Assembly (NCBI GenBank): GCA_943356485.1 | Contig: CALRFD010000002.1 | Coordinates: 37,032 to 101,031, forward strand | DNA from: Patescibacteria group bacterium | Lineage (GTDB): Bacteria; Patescibacteriota; Microgenomatia; Daviesbacterales; UBA10151 | DNA: 64,000 bases | Direction: 5' to 3' | Shown here: positions 30,660 through 40,734 of the stretch, in pieces | Layout of the letters: every line of letters starts with the position of its first letter | Numbering within the stretch: the first letter of the stretch is position 1 | Notes under the pieces: generated by a model | Databases searched by the model: none | The model's input: only the letters and a program-made list of their open reading frames with translations | What the model was told of the DNA's origin: nothing | Position numbers and translations under genes: made by a program

Positions 30660-31822
30660 TTTTTTATTCCACCTTTTTGAGCCACTCTGGATAAAAGCCC
30701 TGACTCAAAAGTATATTGAGTTTTTTTCTGATTTTCTGCCCGTTTTAAAGCGTATTCAATTAATTTATCCAAGAGTTTGGGAAATTTAACTCCACTTTTT
30801 TCCCAAAGATAAAAAGCAAAAGACCCAGGAGGAGAATTGATTTCATTCACCCAAAATCTTCCGGTCTTTTGATCTACAAAATAATCAACTCTAGCCACCC
30901 CGTTACCATCTAAGGCCTTAAAAATTTTTATGGTTGCTGCTTGTATATCTTTAGTCAGCTTTGCCGAAATAGGCGCAGGAATAACTCTACTCAAAGAGGC
31001 CATACCAGAGCCCTTACTTCCTTTAGCCTTGCCTTTAGTATATTTATCATCAAAGGATAAAACTTCACCTGAGGTGACCGGCATCTCACAAACAGAAGCT
31101 TCTACTTCTTCATATCCCAAAGCAGAACAATTTACTTCTGAAACATTTTCAAAAGCTTCTTCTATTAATATTTTTTCTGAATACGTTGCAGCTACCTCAA
31201 TTGCAAAATTAAGAGAATCTTCATCTTTTGCTTTATTTACTCCGATTGATGACCCAATCAGTGCAGGTTTTATGAACATAGGAAATTTTAATTCATTCTG
31301 AGTATGTTGTAGAATCGCCTTAGGATCAGATATCCAATCCATTCTTTTTACACTGACATATTTACAAACAGGCAGCTCCAGTTCTTTAAATAAAGCTTTG
31401 GAAAAAACTTTATCCATGGCAATGGCACTGGCTGTAACATTAAATCCGGTATATGGAATCTGGTACATTTCTAAAAGCCCCTGGAGACAACCATCCTCTC
31501 CGAAAGAACCATGAAAAGATAGAAATGCCATCTCTATTGGAATAGTTTTAGAAAATAGATTTAGAGTCTTTAATCCTCCTTTAACGAAAGTAAGTTTTTT
31601 CGAAGAAAGAAGGAGTGAGTCAATATCAATATAATTTTTTAAATGTAAAAATTTGGAATTTGTATAAAAATCTCCCTGCTTACTTACATAAACAGCAACT
31701 ATTTCATACTTATCTGGATCTAAATTTTCAAAGGCCTGTAAGGCAGTCAAAACCGACACTTCGTGTTCGGAAGACCTACCACCGAAAAACAATCCTAACT
31801 TTAACTTTGCCATCTTAAACAT
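30656..31822 (-). CDS. ddl: D-alanine--D-alanine ligase
   Basis: LGLFFGGRSSEHEVSV N-terminus plus the ATP-grasp body. 388 aa. Confidence 0.9.
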   Translation of the reverse strand: MFKMAKLKLGLFFGGRSSEHEVSVLTALQAFENLDPDKYEIVAVYVSKQGDFYTNSKFLHLKNYIDIDSLLLSSKKLTFVKGGLKTLNLFSKTIPIEMAFLSFHGSFGEDGCLQGLLEMYQIPYTGFNVTASAIAMDKVFSKALFKELELPVCKYVSVKRMDWISDPKAILQHTQNELKFPMFIKPALIGSSIGVNKAKDEDSLNFAIEVAATYSEKILIEEAFENVSEVNCSALGYEEVEASVCEMPVTSGEVLSFDDKYTKGKAKGSKGSGMASLSRVIPAPISAKLTKDIQAATIKIFKALDGNGVARVDYFVDQKTGRFWVNEINSPPGSFAFYLWEKSGVKFPKLLDKLIEYALKRAENQKKTQYTFESGLLSRVAQKGGIKN

Positions 31823-31898
31823 TATACTTTCTATATTCTTCCAAAGTCAAAATGAATCTTTCAAACCAAATTTAAAAAGCATATAATATCAACCTTGT

Positions 31899-32528
31899 AT
31901 GGGTATTGAACTACATGAGGAATCTCAGGACAAATACAATACAAACCTTAGAGCTATTTCGGATAAAAAGGAAATTTTTAGCGCTGGAATCCAAACTTTT
32001 CAAGATGGTGAACCACCTCAATTTATATTTCAGTGGACTATTGGGGGAACGCTTGCAGTTTGTCTCAACTCAGCATCTGATCTATTCTCAAGGCTGGAAA
32101 GAGAATACTCAGCCCCAAGAAAATTGACTGCACCTCGCCAATATCCCTTTTTAAGCCTTACTGATGAGCCATTTCGAGGATACTTAGAAATCGGTATAGG
32201 GATTCATGTACCTATACCTTTTTTTCTTAAAGAGTTAACAGAACCGCATAACGATTCTACTTTTTCGACTATCATACGTACTAAGGCTACATCTGTTTCC
32301 TGGGTCAGATTAACAACTGCTTATTTTAGTGCCTGTTTTGATGGAGGAAACATCCATATAAACAAACAACGAAGAGCAGCAATAGTGGGTCTTGAAAATC
32401 TTGCTGATGAAATATTACCCATCCATACACAAATAGCACCAGTTGCTATCCCTGGCCCAGAACAACGTGGCGTCCAAGTCAAGCTAAACGAATTTTGGTC
32501 TAATTTACCAAAACTAAATCGTATTTAA
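31899..32528 (+). CDS. Hypothetical protein, 209 aa
   Basis: ORF lying between ddl and gyrA, followed by a strong intrinsic terminator. No recognisable motif. Confidence 0.45.
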   Translation: MGIELHEESQDKYNTNLRAISDKKEIFSAGIQTFQDGEPPQFIFQWTIGGTLAVCLNSASDLFSRLEREYSAPRKLTAPRQYPFLSLTDEPFRGYLEIGIGIHVPIPFFLKELTEPHNDSTFSTIIRTKATSVSWVRLTTAYFSACFDGGNIHINKQRRAAIVGLENLADEILPIHTQIAPVAIPGPEQRGVQVKLNEFWSNLPKLNRI

Positions 32529-32596
32529 AGTTCAAGAATCTTTAACCTCTTGCCTAAATAGGATTAATAAATGTATAATAATTTGGAGCCAAAAGT

Positions 32597-32624
32597 CCCT
32601 GCCTGCCGGCAGGCAGGTTTTTTT
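32597..32624 (+). terminator. Rho-independent terminator formed by a GC-rich perfect palindrome plus a T7 run
   Basis: CCCTGCCTGCCGGCAGGCAGG at 32597-32617 is followed by TTTTTTT at 32618-32624. Confidence 0.7.
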
Positions 32625-32637
32625 AAGCCCCTAAATA

Positions 32638-35241
32638 ATGAGTAACATCGGAAAAATACAAGCAGCCCCAATAGTTGAAGAGATGCAAAAATCCTATCTG
32701 GATTACGCAATGTCTGTTATAGTTTCAAGAGCGCTACCGGATGTCCGGGACGGACTTAAACCTGTTCAAAGGCGAATTATCTTTGCCATGAATGAGCAAG
32801 GATTACACCATACAAGCCGTTATCAAAAATCCGCTGCTGTGGTAGGTGAGGTTTTGAAAAATTTGCACCCACATGGAGATGCTCCGGTTTACGAAGCTAT
32901 GGTTAGAATGGCTCAAAACTTCTCCATGAGATATATGTTAGTTGACGGACAGGGAAACTTTGGCTCAATTGATGGCGATTCTCCTGCTGCTATGAGGTAT
33001 ACAGAAGCGAGACTTTCTGCTATTTCTGAAGAACTGCTTCGGGATATAAATAAACATACCGTAGACTTTGTTGATAATTACTCCGGAACAATTCAAGAAC
33101 CAGTAGTGCTTCCCTCAGTTATTCCTAACCTGTTATTAAATGGCGCCTCAGGCATTGCAGTTGGTATGGCAACCCAAATTCCGCCTCATAATCTGGGCGA
33201 GGTTTGTGATGGCCTGGTATACATGATTGAACATCCTGCAAAAGAGGTTACAGTCGACAAGGCACAGGTCACAGAAAAAACACCAGAAAGCTCAGAAGCA
33301 ATTATAGTTGATGGTATTGATCACAGTGACTCAATGACTAACTTTGACTCAACCGGAAAATTTACCTCAGATGTTACAGTTGAAGACCTAATGCAGTTTA
33401 TTAAAGGGCCGGATTTCCCAACAGGTGCTTCCATATATGATCAATCTGAAACATTAGCAGCCTATGCTACCGGAAAAGGTCGGATTGTTATGCGAGCTAA
33501 AGCTGATATTGAAGAAAATTCATCCGGTAAAATGCAGATTATTGTGTCTGAACTTCCTTACCAGGTAAATAAATCAACTCTAATTGCCAGAATTGCTGAT
33601 TTAGTAAAAGATAAGAAACTGGAAGGCATTGCCGATTTAAGAGATGAATCGGATAGAAAACAAATGGTGAGAATTGTCTTTGATTTAAAGAAAGATGCCA
33701 AACCACAATCCCTTTTAAATAACCTTTATAAATCTACTGCTATGCAATCTGTATTTAATGTTAATCTGGTAGCTTTAGTAGACGGAGTTCCTCATCTTTT
33801 GACTTTAAAACATGTCTTGGAAGAATTTATAACCCACAGGCAAACGATTATCAAAAGAAGATCAGAATTTGAATTAGCAGAGGCAAAGGCTCGAGAACAT
33901 ATCCTGGAGGGATTAAAAATCGCAGTTGATAATATTGACGAAGTAATTGCCACCATAAGAAAATCTAAAGATTCTGAAGAAGCCAAACAAAATTTGATGG
34001 ATAAGTTTAAACTTTCGCAGCTTCAGGCTGTAGCTATTTTGGATATGCAACTTAGAAAATTGGCTGCATTGGAAAGACAAAAGATTGAGGAAGAGCTAAA
34101 AATGATCCGTGAAACAATTGATTACCTGGAAGATTTGCTGGCTCATCCAGAAAAAATATTAAGAGTCATAAAAGATGAGCTCCAAAAAATCAAAGAAAGA
34201 TATGCAGATGATAGAAGAACCAGAGTTTATAAACAAAAGGTTGGAGAATTTTCTGAAGAAGATCTGGTTCCAAATGAGATAACAATAGTCACAATCACTG
34301 AAGGCGGTTATATTAAAAGACAAGCTCCAGCTTCTTTTAGAACGCAGCAGAGAGGAGGGAAAGGAGTTATGGGCATCGCAACTAAAGAGACTGATGCAGT
34401 TTCTCATATTTTCTATACTCAAACCCATGACAGTATCCTATTTTTTACAGACAAGGGGAGGGTTTTTCAAATAAAAGTTTGGGATATACCTGAAACTCAA
34501 AGGGTTGCCAAGGGACAGGCGATTGTAAATCTAATCAATGTTGAGCAGGGAGAAAAAGTAACAGCAGTTCTGACAACCAGAGGTAAAGGAGAAAGCGCTA
34601 AATACTTCTTTATGTGTACAGGCTGGGGTACTGTTAAAAAAACCTCTTTGGAAGAATATGCAAATATTAGAAAGAACGGACTGGTAGCAATAAAGCTTGA
34701 TGCCGGGGATGAGCTAGGGTGGGTTGTTCCTACAACCGGTGAAAGTGATGCAATTATCGTCTCACACGATGGTAAGTCCATTAGATTTTCAGAAAAACAA
34801 GTTAAGCCAACTCATAGGGACACCTCCGGAGTTAGGGGAATTAAGTTAGGAAAAGATGATAAAGTTGTATCCCTCACTATTATCGGCAAAGAGGAGGGGG
34901 AGCTTTTGGTGGTTATGGAAAATGGACTGGGCAAAAAAACTGCCACTACTGCCTGGAGCAAACAGGGCAGGGGAGGTCAAGGGGTAAAGGCCGCACAAAT
35001 CACACCAAAAACAGGCAGAATCGTTACTGCTTCTTTGGTTGATAAATCAACAGACACCTTAGTTCTAACCTCAACCAGGGGTCAGTTAATAAAAATGAAT
35101 TTAAAAGAAGTGCCAACACTTCAAAGACAAACCCAGGGAGTAATCCTTATGAGAGTTAGAGAAGGTGAAAGAGTAGTTGCCGCCACAACTGTTTCTTCAA
35201 ATGAAAAAGCAGAAGAAAAGATTAAAACGCAAGAAATTTAA
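32638..35241 (+). CDS. gyrA: DNA gyrase subunit A
   Basis: The QRRII...[16 protein letters not shown] motif, the active-site AAMRYTE, and C-terminal beta-pinwheel repeats. Confidence 0.95.
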   Translation: MSNIGKIQAAPIVEEMQKSYLDYAMSVIVSRALPDVRDGLKPVQRRIIFAMNEQGLHHTSRYQKSAAVVGEVLKNLHPHGDAPVYEAMVRMAQNFSMRYMLVDGQGNFGSIDGDSPAAMRYTEARLSAISEELLRDINKHTVDFVDNYSGTIQEPVVLPSVIPNLLLNGASGIAVGMATQIPPHNLGEVCDGLVYMIEHPAKEVTVDKAQVTEKTPESSEAIIVDGIDHSDSMTNFDSTGKFTSDVTVEDLMQFIKGPDFPTGASIYDQSETLAAYATGKGRIVMRAKADIEENSSGKMQIIVSELPYQVNKSTLIARIADLVKDKKLEGIADLRDESDRKQMVRIVFDLKKDAKPQSLLNNLYKSTAMQSVFNVNLVALVDGVPHLLTLKHVLEEFITHRQTIIKRRSEFELAEAKAREHILEGLKIAVDNIDEVIATIRKSKDSEEAKQNLMDKFKLSQLQAVAILDMQLRKLAALERQKIEEELKMIRETIDYLEDLLAHPEKILRVIKDELQKIKERYADDRRTRVYKQKVGEFSEEDLVPNEITIVTITEGGYIKRQAPASFRTQQRGGKGVMGIATKETDAVSHIFYTQTHDSILFFTDKGRVFQIKVWDIPETQRVAKGQAIVNLINVEQGEKVTAVLTTRGKGESAKYFFMCTGWGTVKKTSLEEYANIRKNGLVAIKLDAGDELGWVVPTTGESDAIIVSHDGKSIRFSEKQVKPTHRDTSGVRGIKLGKDDKVVSLTIIGKEEGELLVVMENGLGKKTATTAWSKQGRGGQGVKAAQITPKTGRIVTASLVDKSTDTLVLTSTRGQLIKMNLKEVPTLQRQTQGVILMRVREGERVVAATTVSSNEKAEEKIKTQEI

Positions 35242-35252
35242 GATAACTTAAT

Positions 35253-35465
35253 ATGAAGAAAGCATCTGCCATATTTTCAACACTCGCCATCGCTTATTTT
35301 ATGGCCGGATTTGTATTTGCGATTCTGTTTGCCCTTTACTATAAGTGGCCTTTTATCTCTTTTTTATCACCAGGATTTTACTCAGTAATTATTAGCTGGC
35401 CATATCAGGCAATTGGATTTATAAATGACCTTACGGCTTTCGGACTTGCAGGTAAACCTATATAA
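35253..35465 (+). CDS. Small membrane protein, 70 aa, two TM segments
   Basis: Hydrophobic ORF only. Confidence 0.35.
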   Translation: MKKASAIFSTLAIAYFMAGFVFAILFALYYKWPFISFLSPGFYSVIISWPYQAIGFINDLTAFGLAGKPI

Positions 35466-35473
35466 ATTAAAAT

Positions 35474-35767
35474 TCATTTGCTTCCTAGTGCTTTTTTTGC
35501 AAAGTCATTTACAAAATTTGAACCTCTGGAAATTAAAAACCCTGAAAGAATAAAATCTAACGGCGGAAATCCGCTTTGAACATTTAGTAAAATATGCATC
35601 ATATTTATTTGATAGGCAAACGACAAAAACACACCTGTTCCCAAGGAAATAAGGGGTAAATACGGCCTAAGTTTTATAATACTGCCAAACATATACTCAA
35701 TGATTGACTCATTAAGCGTTGCAAACATAATTGCAACAGAAAGTGGCGTTAAATCAATTCCCTGCAT
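35474..35767 (-). CDS. Small membrane protein, 97 aa, two or three TM segments, holin-like by size and topology only
   Basis: Overlaps the amidase stop by 1 nt (TAATG), so the two genes are likely translationally coupled. Confidence 0.4.
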   Translation of the reverse strand: MQGIDLTPLSVAIMFATLNESIIEYMFGSIIKLRPYLPLISLGTGVFLSFAYQINMMHILLNVQSGFPPLDFILSGFLISRGSNFVNDFAKKALGSK

Positions 35768-36636
35768 TATTTAACTCCTTTTTCAAATATAAATTTATAT
35801 AAATTATAAAATCCCTGTAATAGGGTTAGAGTTTGATCTTCTTTTTTTGACTCTAGCTCTACATTTACTGATGCTTCCCTCACTTGAGTAGGCACACTAT
35901 CCTTCTGCGAAAGAGCTTCTTTTAGTGTTATCAATTGCCTGTTTACTGCCGCAAGAGAAGCCTGCAGGTTATCTATTTGAGATTTCTGATGATTAATCGT
36001 TTCCTGAAATCTAGAGACTTGTCCTTGCAAAAAAATGGCTTCATTTGTTGTCTTCAAAGGATTAAAGGTAACAGTTCCCAAAGGACTTCTGTCTATGTTG
36101 GTTTGAACAGGTGAAACAATTCTTTTCTTCCAGGATAACCAATCCTCTCCCGGACATATGGATGTTTGGCCTGGCAACTCTCTATGACCTACAACAACAT
36201 CCCAAGACTTTAAGTTAGTTAAATCAGGATAATTGCTGATAAAAAAATCACACAGACTATGGGCAGAAAGATATTGCTCATCTGTAGGCACCTTACCCTG
36301 AGTAAAATTTCCAATTAAGCAGATACCTATAACTTGTTCATTCAGATTAGCCACATTAGCCCTGGCAGTTGAGATATCACCAACATAATAAACTGTCCCG
36401 TCTTTGCTAATCAAGAAATGATAGCCGATCCCACCCCAACCATTATTATTGATATGGTAGTTTGAAATTTCTTCTGGAGTTTGATTATCAGAACCTGCGG
36501 AATGGTGAATTGCTAAATAATTTACATCGGATAACGATCTGACCCAACTCCAGTTAAATGAATCACCTGGAATTAGCTCCCGTAGATCGAAAAACTTTCC
36601 CGATAATGCGGGTATATTAAGATCAATTTTTGACAT
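35767..36636 (-). CDS. N-acetylmuramoyl-L-alanine amidase (Amidase_2/PGRP fold) with a C-terminal coiled coil and no signal peptide
   Basis: YLAIHHSAGS...GWGGIGYHFLISKDGTVYYV...IGICLIGNF is the amidase_2 signature. Confidence 0.75.
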   Translation of the reverse strand: MSKIDLNIPALSGKFFDLRELIPGDSFNWSWVRSLSDVNYLAIHHSAGSDNQTPEEISNYHINNNGWGGIGYHFLISKDGTVYYVGDISTARANVANLNEQVIGICLIGNFTQGKVPTDEQYLSAHSLCDFFISNYPDLTNLKSWDVVVGHRELPGQTSICPGEDWLSWKKRIVSPVQTNIDRSPLGTVTFNPLKTTNEAIFLQGQVSRFQETINHQKSQIDNLQASLAAVNRQLITLKEALSQKDSVPTQVREASVNVELESKKEDQTLTLLQGFYNLYKFIFEKGVK

Positions 36637-36703
36637 ATTGGAATAGTTTGAAACAAAAGCAGTGTGGCTATACTACCTAAATAATGCTAAACTTGTCAAT
36701 AAT

Positions 36704-37543
36704 ATGCCAAAGATTGGTGCACATATTTCTGCTGCTCTGTCCCTCGAACTTAGTCTTGAAAGAGCCGCGGCTATCGGTGCAGAAACTACCCAAATCTTTA
36801 TCTCGCCCCCCAGACAATGGACTCAAACAAAACATGAAATAGAAGAAGTAAATAGATACCAATTGAAACAGGTAGAAACTGGAATCAAGCCAAATTTTAT
36901 TCATGGCACATATTTGATAAATCTTGCAGCTGATGATCCTGCTCACTTACAAAGATCTATTGAATGGTTAATTTATGCTTTAAACCTGGCCGGAGAACTA
37001 GAATCAACAGGAGTTATTTTTCATCTCGGGTCTCATAAAGGAGCGGGATTTGAAAAGGTATTCAACCAAATATCAAGCTCAGTTTCACAAATTCTAAACT
37101 CTAGCTTCAACTCTTCCTCACATTTGATTTTGGAAAACTCTGCCGGTGCCGGCGGATCTGTCGGATCAAAATTTTCAGAACTTGGACAAATAATTAAGGC
37201 TGTTAATAACCCCCGACTAAAAATCTGCTTAGATACCTGCCACCTTTTTGCTTGCGGTTATGATATAAAAAATAAACTTGAGGAAGTATTAGCAGAATTT
37301 GATAAAGAAATTGGCTTGAAAAATTTAGCAGCTATACATGCAAATGACTCTAAATTTGAATTGGGATCAAAGAGGGATAGACACGAGAATATCGGTGAGG
37401 GATTTATCGGTAAGGATGGATTTACAAAATTGGTCAACAGTTCCATATTAAAAGATACCCCTTTTATTTTAGAAGTTCCTGGCTTTTCCAAACAGGGACC
37501 GGATAAAGAAAACATTGACATCTTAAGATCTTTGATTAAATAA
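36704..37543 (+). CDS. nfo: Endonuclease IV (AP endonuclease family 2)
   Basis: MPKIGAHIS... N-terminus and HANDSKFELGSKRDRHENIGEGFIG, the Nfo metal-site signature. The ORF track starts at 36662, but the homologous start is the ATG at 36704. Confidence 0.85.
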   Translation: MPKIGAHISAALSLELSLERAAAIGAETTQIFISPPRQWTQTKHEIEEVNRYQLKQVETGIKPNFIHGTYLINLAADDPAHLQRSIEWLIYALNLAGELESTGVIFHLGSHKGAGFEKVFNQISSSVSQILNSSFNSSSHLILENSAGAGGSVGSKFSELGQIIKAVNNPRLKICLDTCHLFACGYDIKNKLEEVLAEFDKEIGLKNLAAIHANDSKFELGSKRDRHENIGEGFIGKDGFTKLVNSSILKDTPFILEVPGFSKQGPDKENIDILRSLIK

Positions 37544-37565
37544 TAGATTAAGGAGGTGATTTGTC

Positions 37566-37913
37566 TTGTACATAATAATATCTCTGCTATTAAACGCCTT
37601 AGCGTTAATGGTAACTGCATACATTGTTCCGGGATTTAAGGTTGCAGATTTTACATCAGCAATATTGGCTGCAATACTTTTAGGAGTGGTTAACACTTTT
37701 ATCCGACCCATTATATCTTTTATAGCTTTACCTTTAACTTTTGTGACATTAGGTCTTTTTACTTTTATAATCAATGCCTCTATGCTTTTTATAGTGTCCG
37801 CATTTGTCAAAGGCTTGATGATTGATGGTTGGATACCGGCAATTTTAGGGGCCATCGTACTGGCTGTAGTTTCAACAGCTTTAAATATGCTTCTGAAGGA
37901 TTTGGGTAAATAG
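37566..37913 (+). CDS. DUF360 / phage-holin-4-like membrane protein (YvlD family)
   Basis: 4-TM protein of 115 aa with ...IVPGFKV...FIRPII...LPLTFVTLGLFTF..N.....VS, typical of DUF360. Confidence 0.6.
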   Translation: MYIIISLLLNALALMVTAYIVPGFKVADFTSAILAAILLGVVNTFIRPIISFIALPLTFVTLGLFTFIINASMLFIVSAFVKGLMIDGWIPAILGAIVLAVVSTALNMLLKDLGK

Positions 37914-37915
37914 CT

Positions 37916-39061
37916 ATGTATTTAAAATTATTGTTAATAGGTATTTTTTTGGCTGTTTTATACAGTTTTTTAAGCTTACCTTTTGTACAAAAGAGTTTAA
38001 ACCTTACTTATAATCTCTCTAAAAAAGAAGTTCTAAAACTTAACTTCCCCTTACTACATACTTCTGATTTTCAAAGCTTTGCTATATCTAAGGAAACATC
38101 CAGAACCTCATACGGCCTCTACAAATTAACCCTTCTTCCAATTAACGGAGAATCTCCCATCATAACTGATAATGAAACAGCCGGGATGGGTGGAGCCCTG
38201 TATTTAGGTGATGTTTCTCCACAATCCTCACCTGATTTAAAAAAAGCGGCTTATATTTCAAAAGATAACCAGCTTAAAATAATAAGTGCAGACGGTAAAT
38301 CTGAAATTGAATTACCTGATAATTTATTAGTTTCTTATATTTCAGGTTGGTCACCTGATTCAAAAAAGCTGATTGTCTACTCCCAGGAAAGCAGTTACAT
38401 CGGTGGAGAAGGAGCAGCTACAACACCCACTCCTAGGCCTGCTACAAAATATTTACCTTCAGGGTTTTATTTATTGGATTTAGAAAAAGGCGAGGGAAAA
38501 TTATTAGCAGAGCTAAAAGGTGTGGATAAATGGATTAACAATGAGAAGGTTTTAACAGTAACATCTGGGGAAAAAGACCAATTTGCGATATTTAATATTA
38601 AAACAGGACATTTAGATACTTCTACCTTAAAAGGATTATTCGATCAATATTTTGGAGTTCAAACAAATTTCAACCATGATGGCAAACTTTGGGCTTTAAC
38701 TTTAGGCAATACAGGTAATGATCCTAGTAAACCCAGCTCATCTCTGATAGTCCTGGCGCAGTTTCCTAAAATTGAAGGAATTACAATTGATTCAGGTAGA
38801 TGGGCTGATGTTCAGATGCCAAAACTATCACCTAATGCAGACAACTTAATTTATATAAGAGCCGAACGTAACAGTGGGGAAGATGAGCAGGATGCAATTT
38901 ATTTAAATCAAAACTCTATTAACACTAGACTTACCAAAGGATACCCTCTAATGTGGACTGATAACAATAATTTTATTTACTCATACAATCCTAACTACCC
39001 GCAATTGCAGCAATACTATATTTTTGATATAAGTACAAAATCCTCAAGACGGTTAATTTAA
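37916..39061 (+). CDS. Secreted or anchored hypothetical protein, possibly with a beta-propeller fold
   Basis: N-terminal TM segment, then a Ser/Gly/Asp-rich body with repeated blade-like segments. The call is weak. Confidence 0.45.
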   Translation: MYLKLLLIGIFLAVLYSFLSLPFVQKSLNLTYNLSKKEVLKLNFPLLHTSDFQSFAISKETSRTSYGLYKLTLLPINGESPIITDNETAGMGGALYLGDVSPQSSPDLKKAAYISKDNQLKIISADGKSEIELPDNLLVSYISGWSPDSKKLIVYSQESSYIGGEGAATTPTPRPATKYLPSGFYLLDLEKGEGKLLAELKGVDKWINNEKVLTVTSGEKDQFAIFNIKTGHLDTSTLKGLFDQYFGVQTNFNHDGKLWALTLGNTGNDPSKPSSSLIVLAQFPKIEGITIDSGRWADVQMPKLSPNADNLIYIRAERNSGEDEQDAIYLNQNSINTRLTKGYPLMWTDNNNFIYSYNPNYPQLQQYYIFDISTKSSRRLI

Positions 39062-39984
39062 TTATCAAATTTGTTACCTGAATGAAAAGCCTTATGCACA
39101 TCTTTTAAATGCGCATTTGTAACATGGGTATATATTTGGGTAGTTGAGATATTGGTGTGTCCTAACATTTCCTGAACAGATCTGATATCAGCCCCATTTA
39201 TCAGTAAATCCGTGGCAAAATTATGCCTTAGCGTGTGTGGGGTAGCTTTAATTGCAAAACCCAACTGTTTAACATACTTTTCTACAATCCTTTCTATAGA
39301 ACGGGTAGTAAGCCTCATAGCCTCACCGTTATCTTCCATCTCAATTTTTCCCTGAAACCTGATAAATAAAGGTTTAAAGCTGTCTTTCCTAAAACTTAAA
39401 TATTTCAGGATCCAACTTGCAGCAGAATCAGAGATAAAAACCACCCGCTCTTTCCCTCCTTTACCCACAACCCCAAATTCTTTCCTATTTAAATTTATTG
39501 TATCCCGGTTAAGGGATGCTAGCTCCGAAACACGAAGCCCGGTTGAAAAAAGAGTTTCTAAAATTGATCTGTCTCTTATTCCATCTTTAGTTGTAATATC
39601 AGGCGCCTCCAAAAGCTGTTTTAAACGGGTATCGTCTAAGACTTTAAGCGGTCTTGGATCTGACTCTCCCAATTCAACCTTTTCGCTAGAGAGAGAAATT
39701 ACGTCTATCTTTGCCAGATACTTTAAAAATGATCGAAGGGCTATCATGAAATAATTTTGAGTAATTCTTTTTAAACTTTTCTGACTATTTGGATCTACCC
39801 AACGGGAAAGGTGCAGTCTATATTTTCTAATCAGGTTTAAATCAATCTTATCAGGACTGATGTCTCCGGAAAAAGATAAAAAGCGCTTTAGATAATGATC
39901 ATAGTTTTTGATAGTAAGCTTTGAAACATTCCGTTCAATCTCTAAATATTCTAAAAAGTCGGTAATCAGAGCAGAAAGAATCAT
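39058..39984 (-). CDS. Tyrosine site-specific recombinase, XerC/XerD family
   Basis: C-terminal catalytic box HTLRHNFATDLLINGADIRSVQEMLGHTNISTTQIYTHV containing the catalytic RHRH and Y residues. 308 aa. Confidence 0.85.
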   Translation of the reverse strand: MILSALITDFLEYLEIERNVSKLTIKNYDHYLKRFLSFSGDISPDKIDLNLIRKYRLHLSRWVDPNSQKSLKRITQNYFMIALRSFLKYLAKIDVISLSSEKVELGESDPRPLKVLDDTRLKQLLEAPDITTKDGIRDRSILETLFSTGLRVSELASLNRDTINLNRKEFGVVGKGGKERVVFISDSAASWILKYLSFRKDSFKPLFIRFQGKIEMEDNGEAMRLTTRSIERIVEKYVKQLGFAIKATPHTLRHNFATDLLINGADIRSVQEMLGHTNISTTQIYTHVTNAHLKDVHKAFHSGNKFDN

Positions 39985-39987
39985 AAA

Positions 39988-40734
39988 TTAGAGCAAGGTC
40001 AGACCCAATATTCCAAGAATAGTTAAAACTAAACCTATAATTGCAAACATGTAGGTAACTTTTTCGAAACCAGCCGGAGGAAGAGTTTTTAAAGGGATAA
40101 AAGTCGCTGAAGGGGTTGCAGCTCCAACAGCCCCTGCTGGTGGATTTATTGCTCCTACTGGCGTAACCTGAGTTGGAGCAGGAGTAGCGCCACAAGAACC
40201 AGCTCCAATGGTATAGCTGCCGTTCAAAACAGAATCCAGGGTTTCAGTAGCTGTTCCTTTTTGCACTACGTTTGAATCGGAAGTTTTGCCTTTGTCGTTC
40301 GGGTCAAAATCAAATGTCATTTGGGTTACACCAGTTGAGGCAGTATCTTTAACGCTAAAGTTTATTGTGGCGAGTTTTCCGGAACCGGAATAGGGTGAAG
40401 TTGGTGTAGCAAGCCCGGAAACTTTTATTATACCTAAATCATTTCTTATCTCGCTTCCTGGATAATCTGGATAGACCTTTCCCTGGGTATCAATACTTAC
40501 AGCATTAAACCTCGATGAATCAAAATTCAAATAGGCATCTGTTCCGTCCGTTGCAACTCCTTTAGTGTCTAAAAGAATATCTATTACAAAAGGACAGTTC
40601 CTATTAAAAGTACCTGTTGCAGGCGACAATGACAGAGTAGAAGCTAAAGCGGAAGAGGCTCCTAAAAATACAAAGAGTGATATGGAAAATATAGATAATA
40701 TTTGAGATTTGAGATTTGAGATTTGAGATTTCAT
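39988..40734 (-). CDS. Secreted cohesin-like domain protein with a C-terminal hydrophobic anchor. A heptanucleotide SSR begins at its start codon
   Basis: Signal peptide, then a domain homologous to the neighbouring 205-aa protein (IKVSGL...GKLATINFSVKDTASTGVTQMTFDF resembles LRVSGIVG...GNFGTINFKAKLSGITDVSLDF). The C-terminus YMFAIIGLVLTILGILGLTLL is hydrophobic. Confidence 0.55.
   Translation of the reverse strand: MKSQISNLKSQILSIFSISLFVFLGASSALASTLSLSPATGTFNRNCPFVIDILLDTKGVATDGTDAYLNFDSSRFNAVSIDTQGKVYPDYPGSEIRNDLGIIKVSGLATPTSPYSGSGKLATINFSVKDTASTGVTQMTFDFDPNDKGKTSDSNVVQKGTATETLDSVLNGSYTIGAGSCGATPAPTQVTPVGAINPPAGAVGAATPSATFIPLKTLPPAGFEKVTYMFAIIGLVLTILGILGLTLL
40701..40728 (-). repeat. Heptanucleotide simple-sequence repeat (AAATCTC/TCTCAAA)x4 immediately 3' of the ATG of the 39988-40734 gene
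   Basis: The plus strand reads tttgaga x4 followed by tttCAT. The coding strand reads ATG AAA TCT CAA ATC TCA AAT CTC AAA TCT CAA ATA. Confidence 0.9.

Noticed and set aside
31906-32127. 73-aa ORF overlapping the 31899-32528 hypothetical gene in another frame
   Set aside because: It overlaps the longer ORF in another frame and has no independent support.
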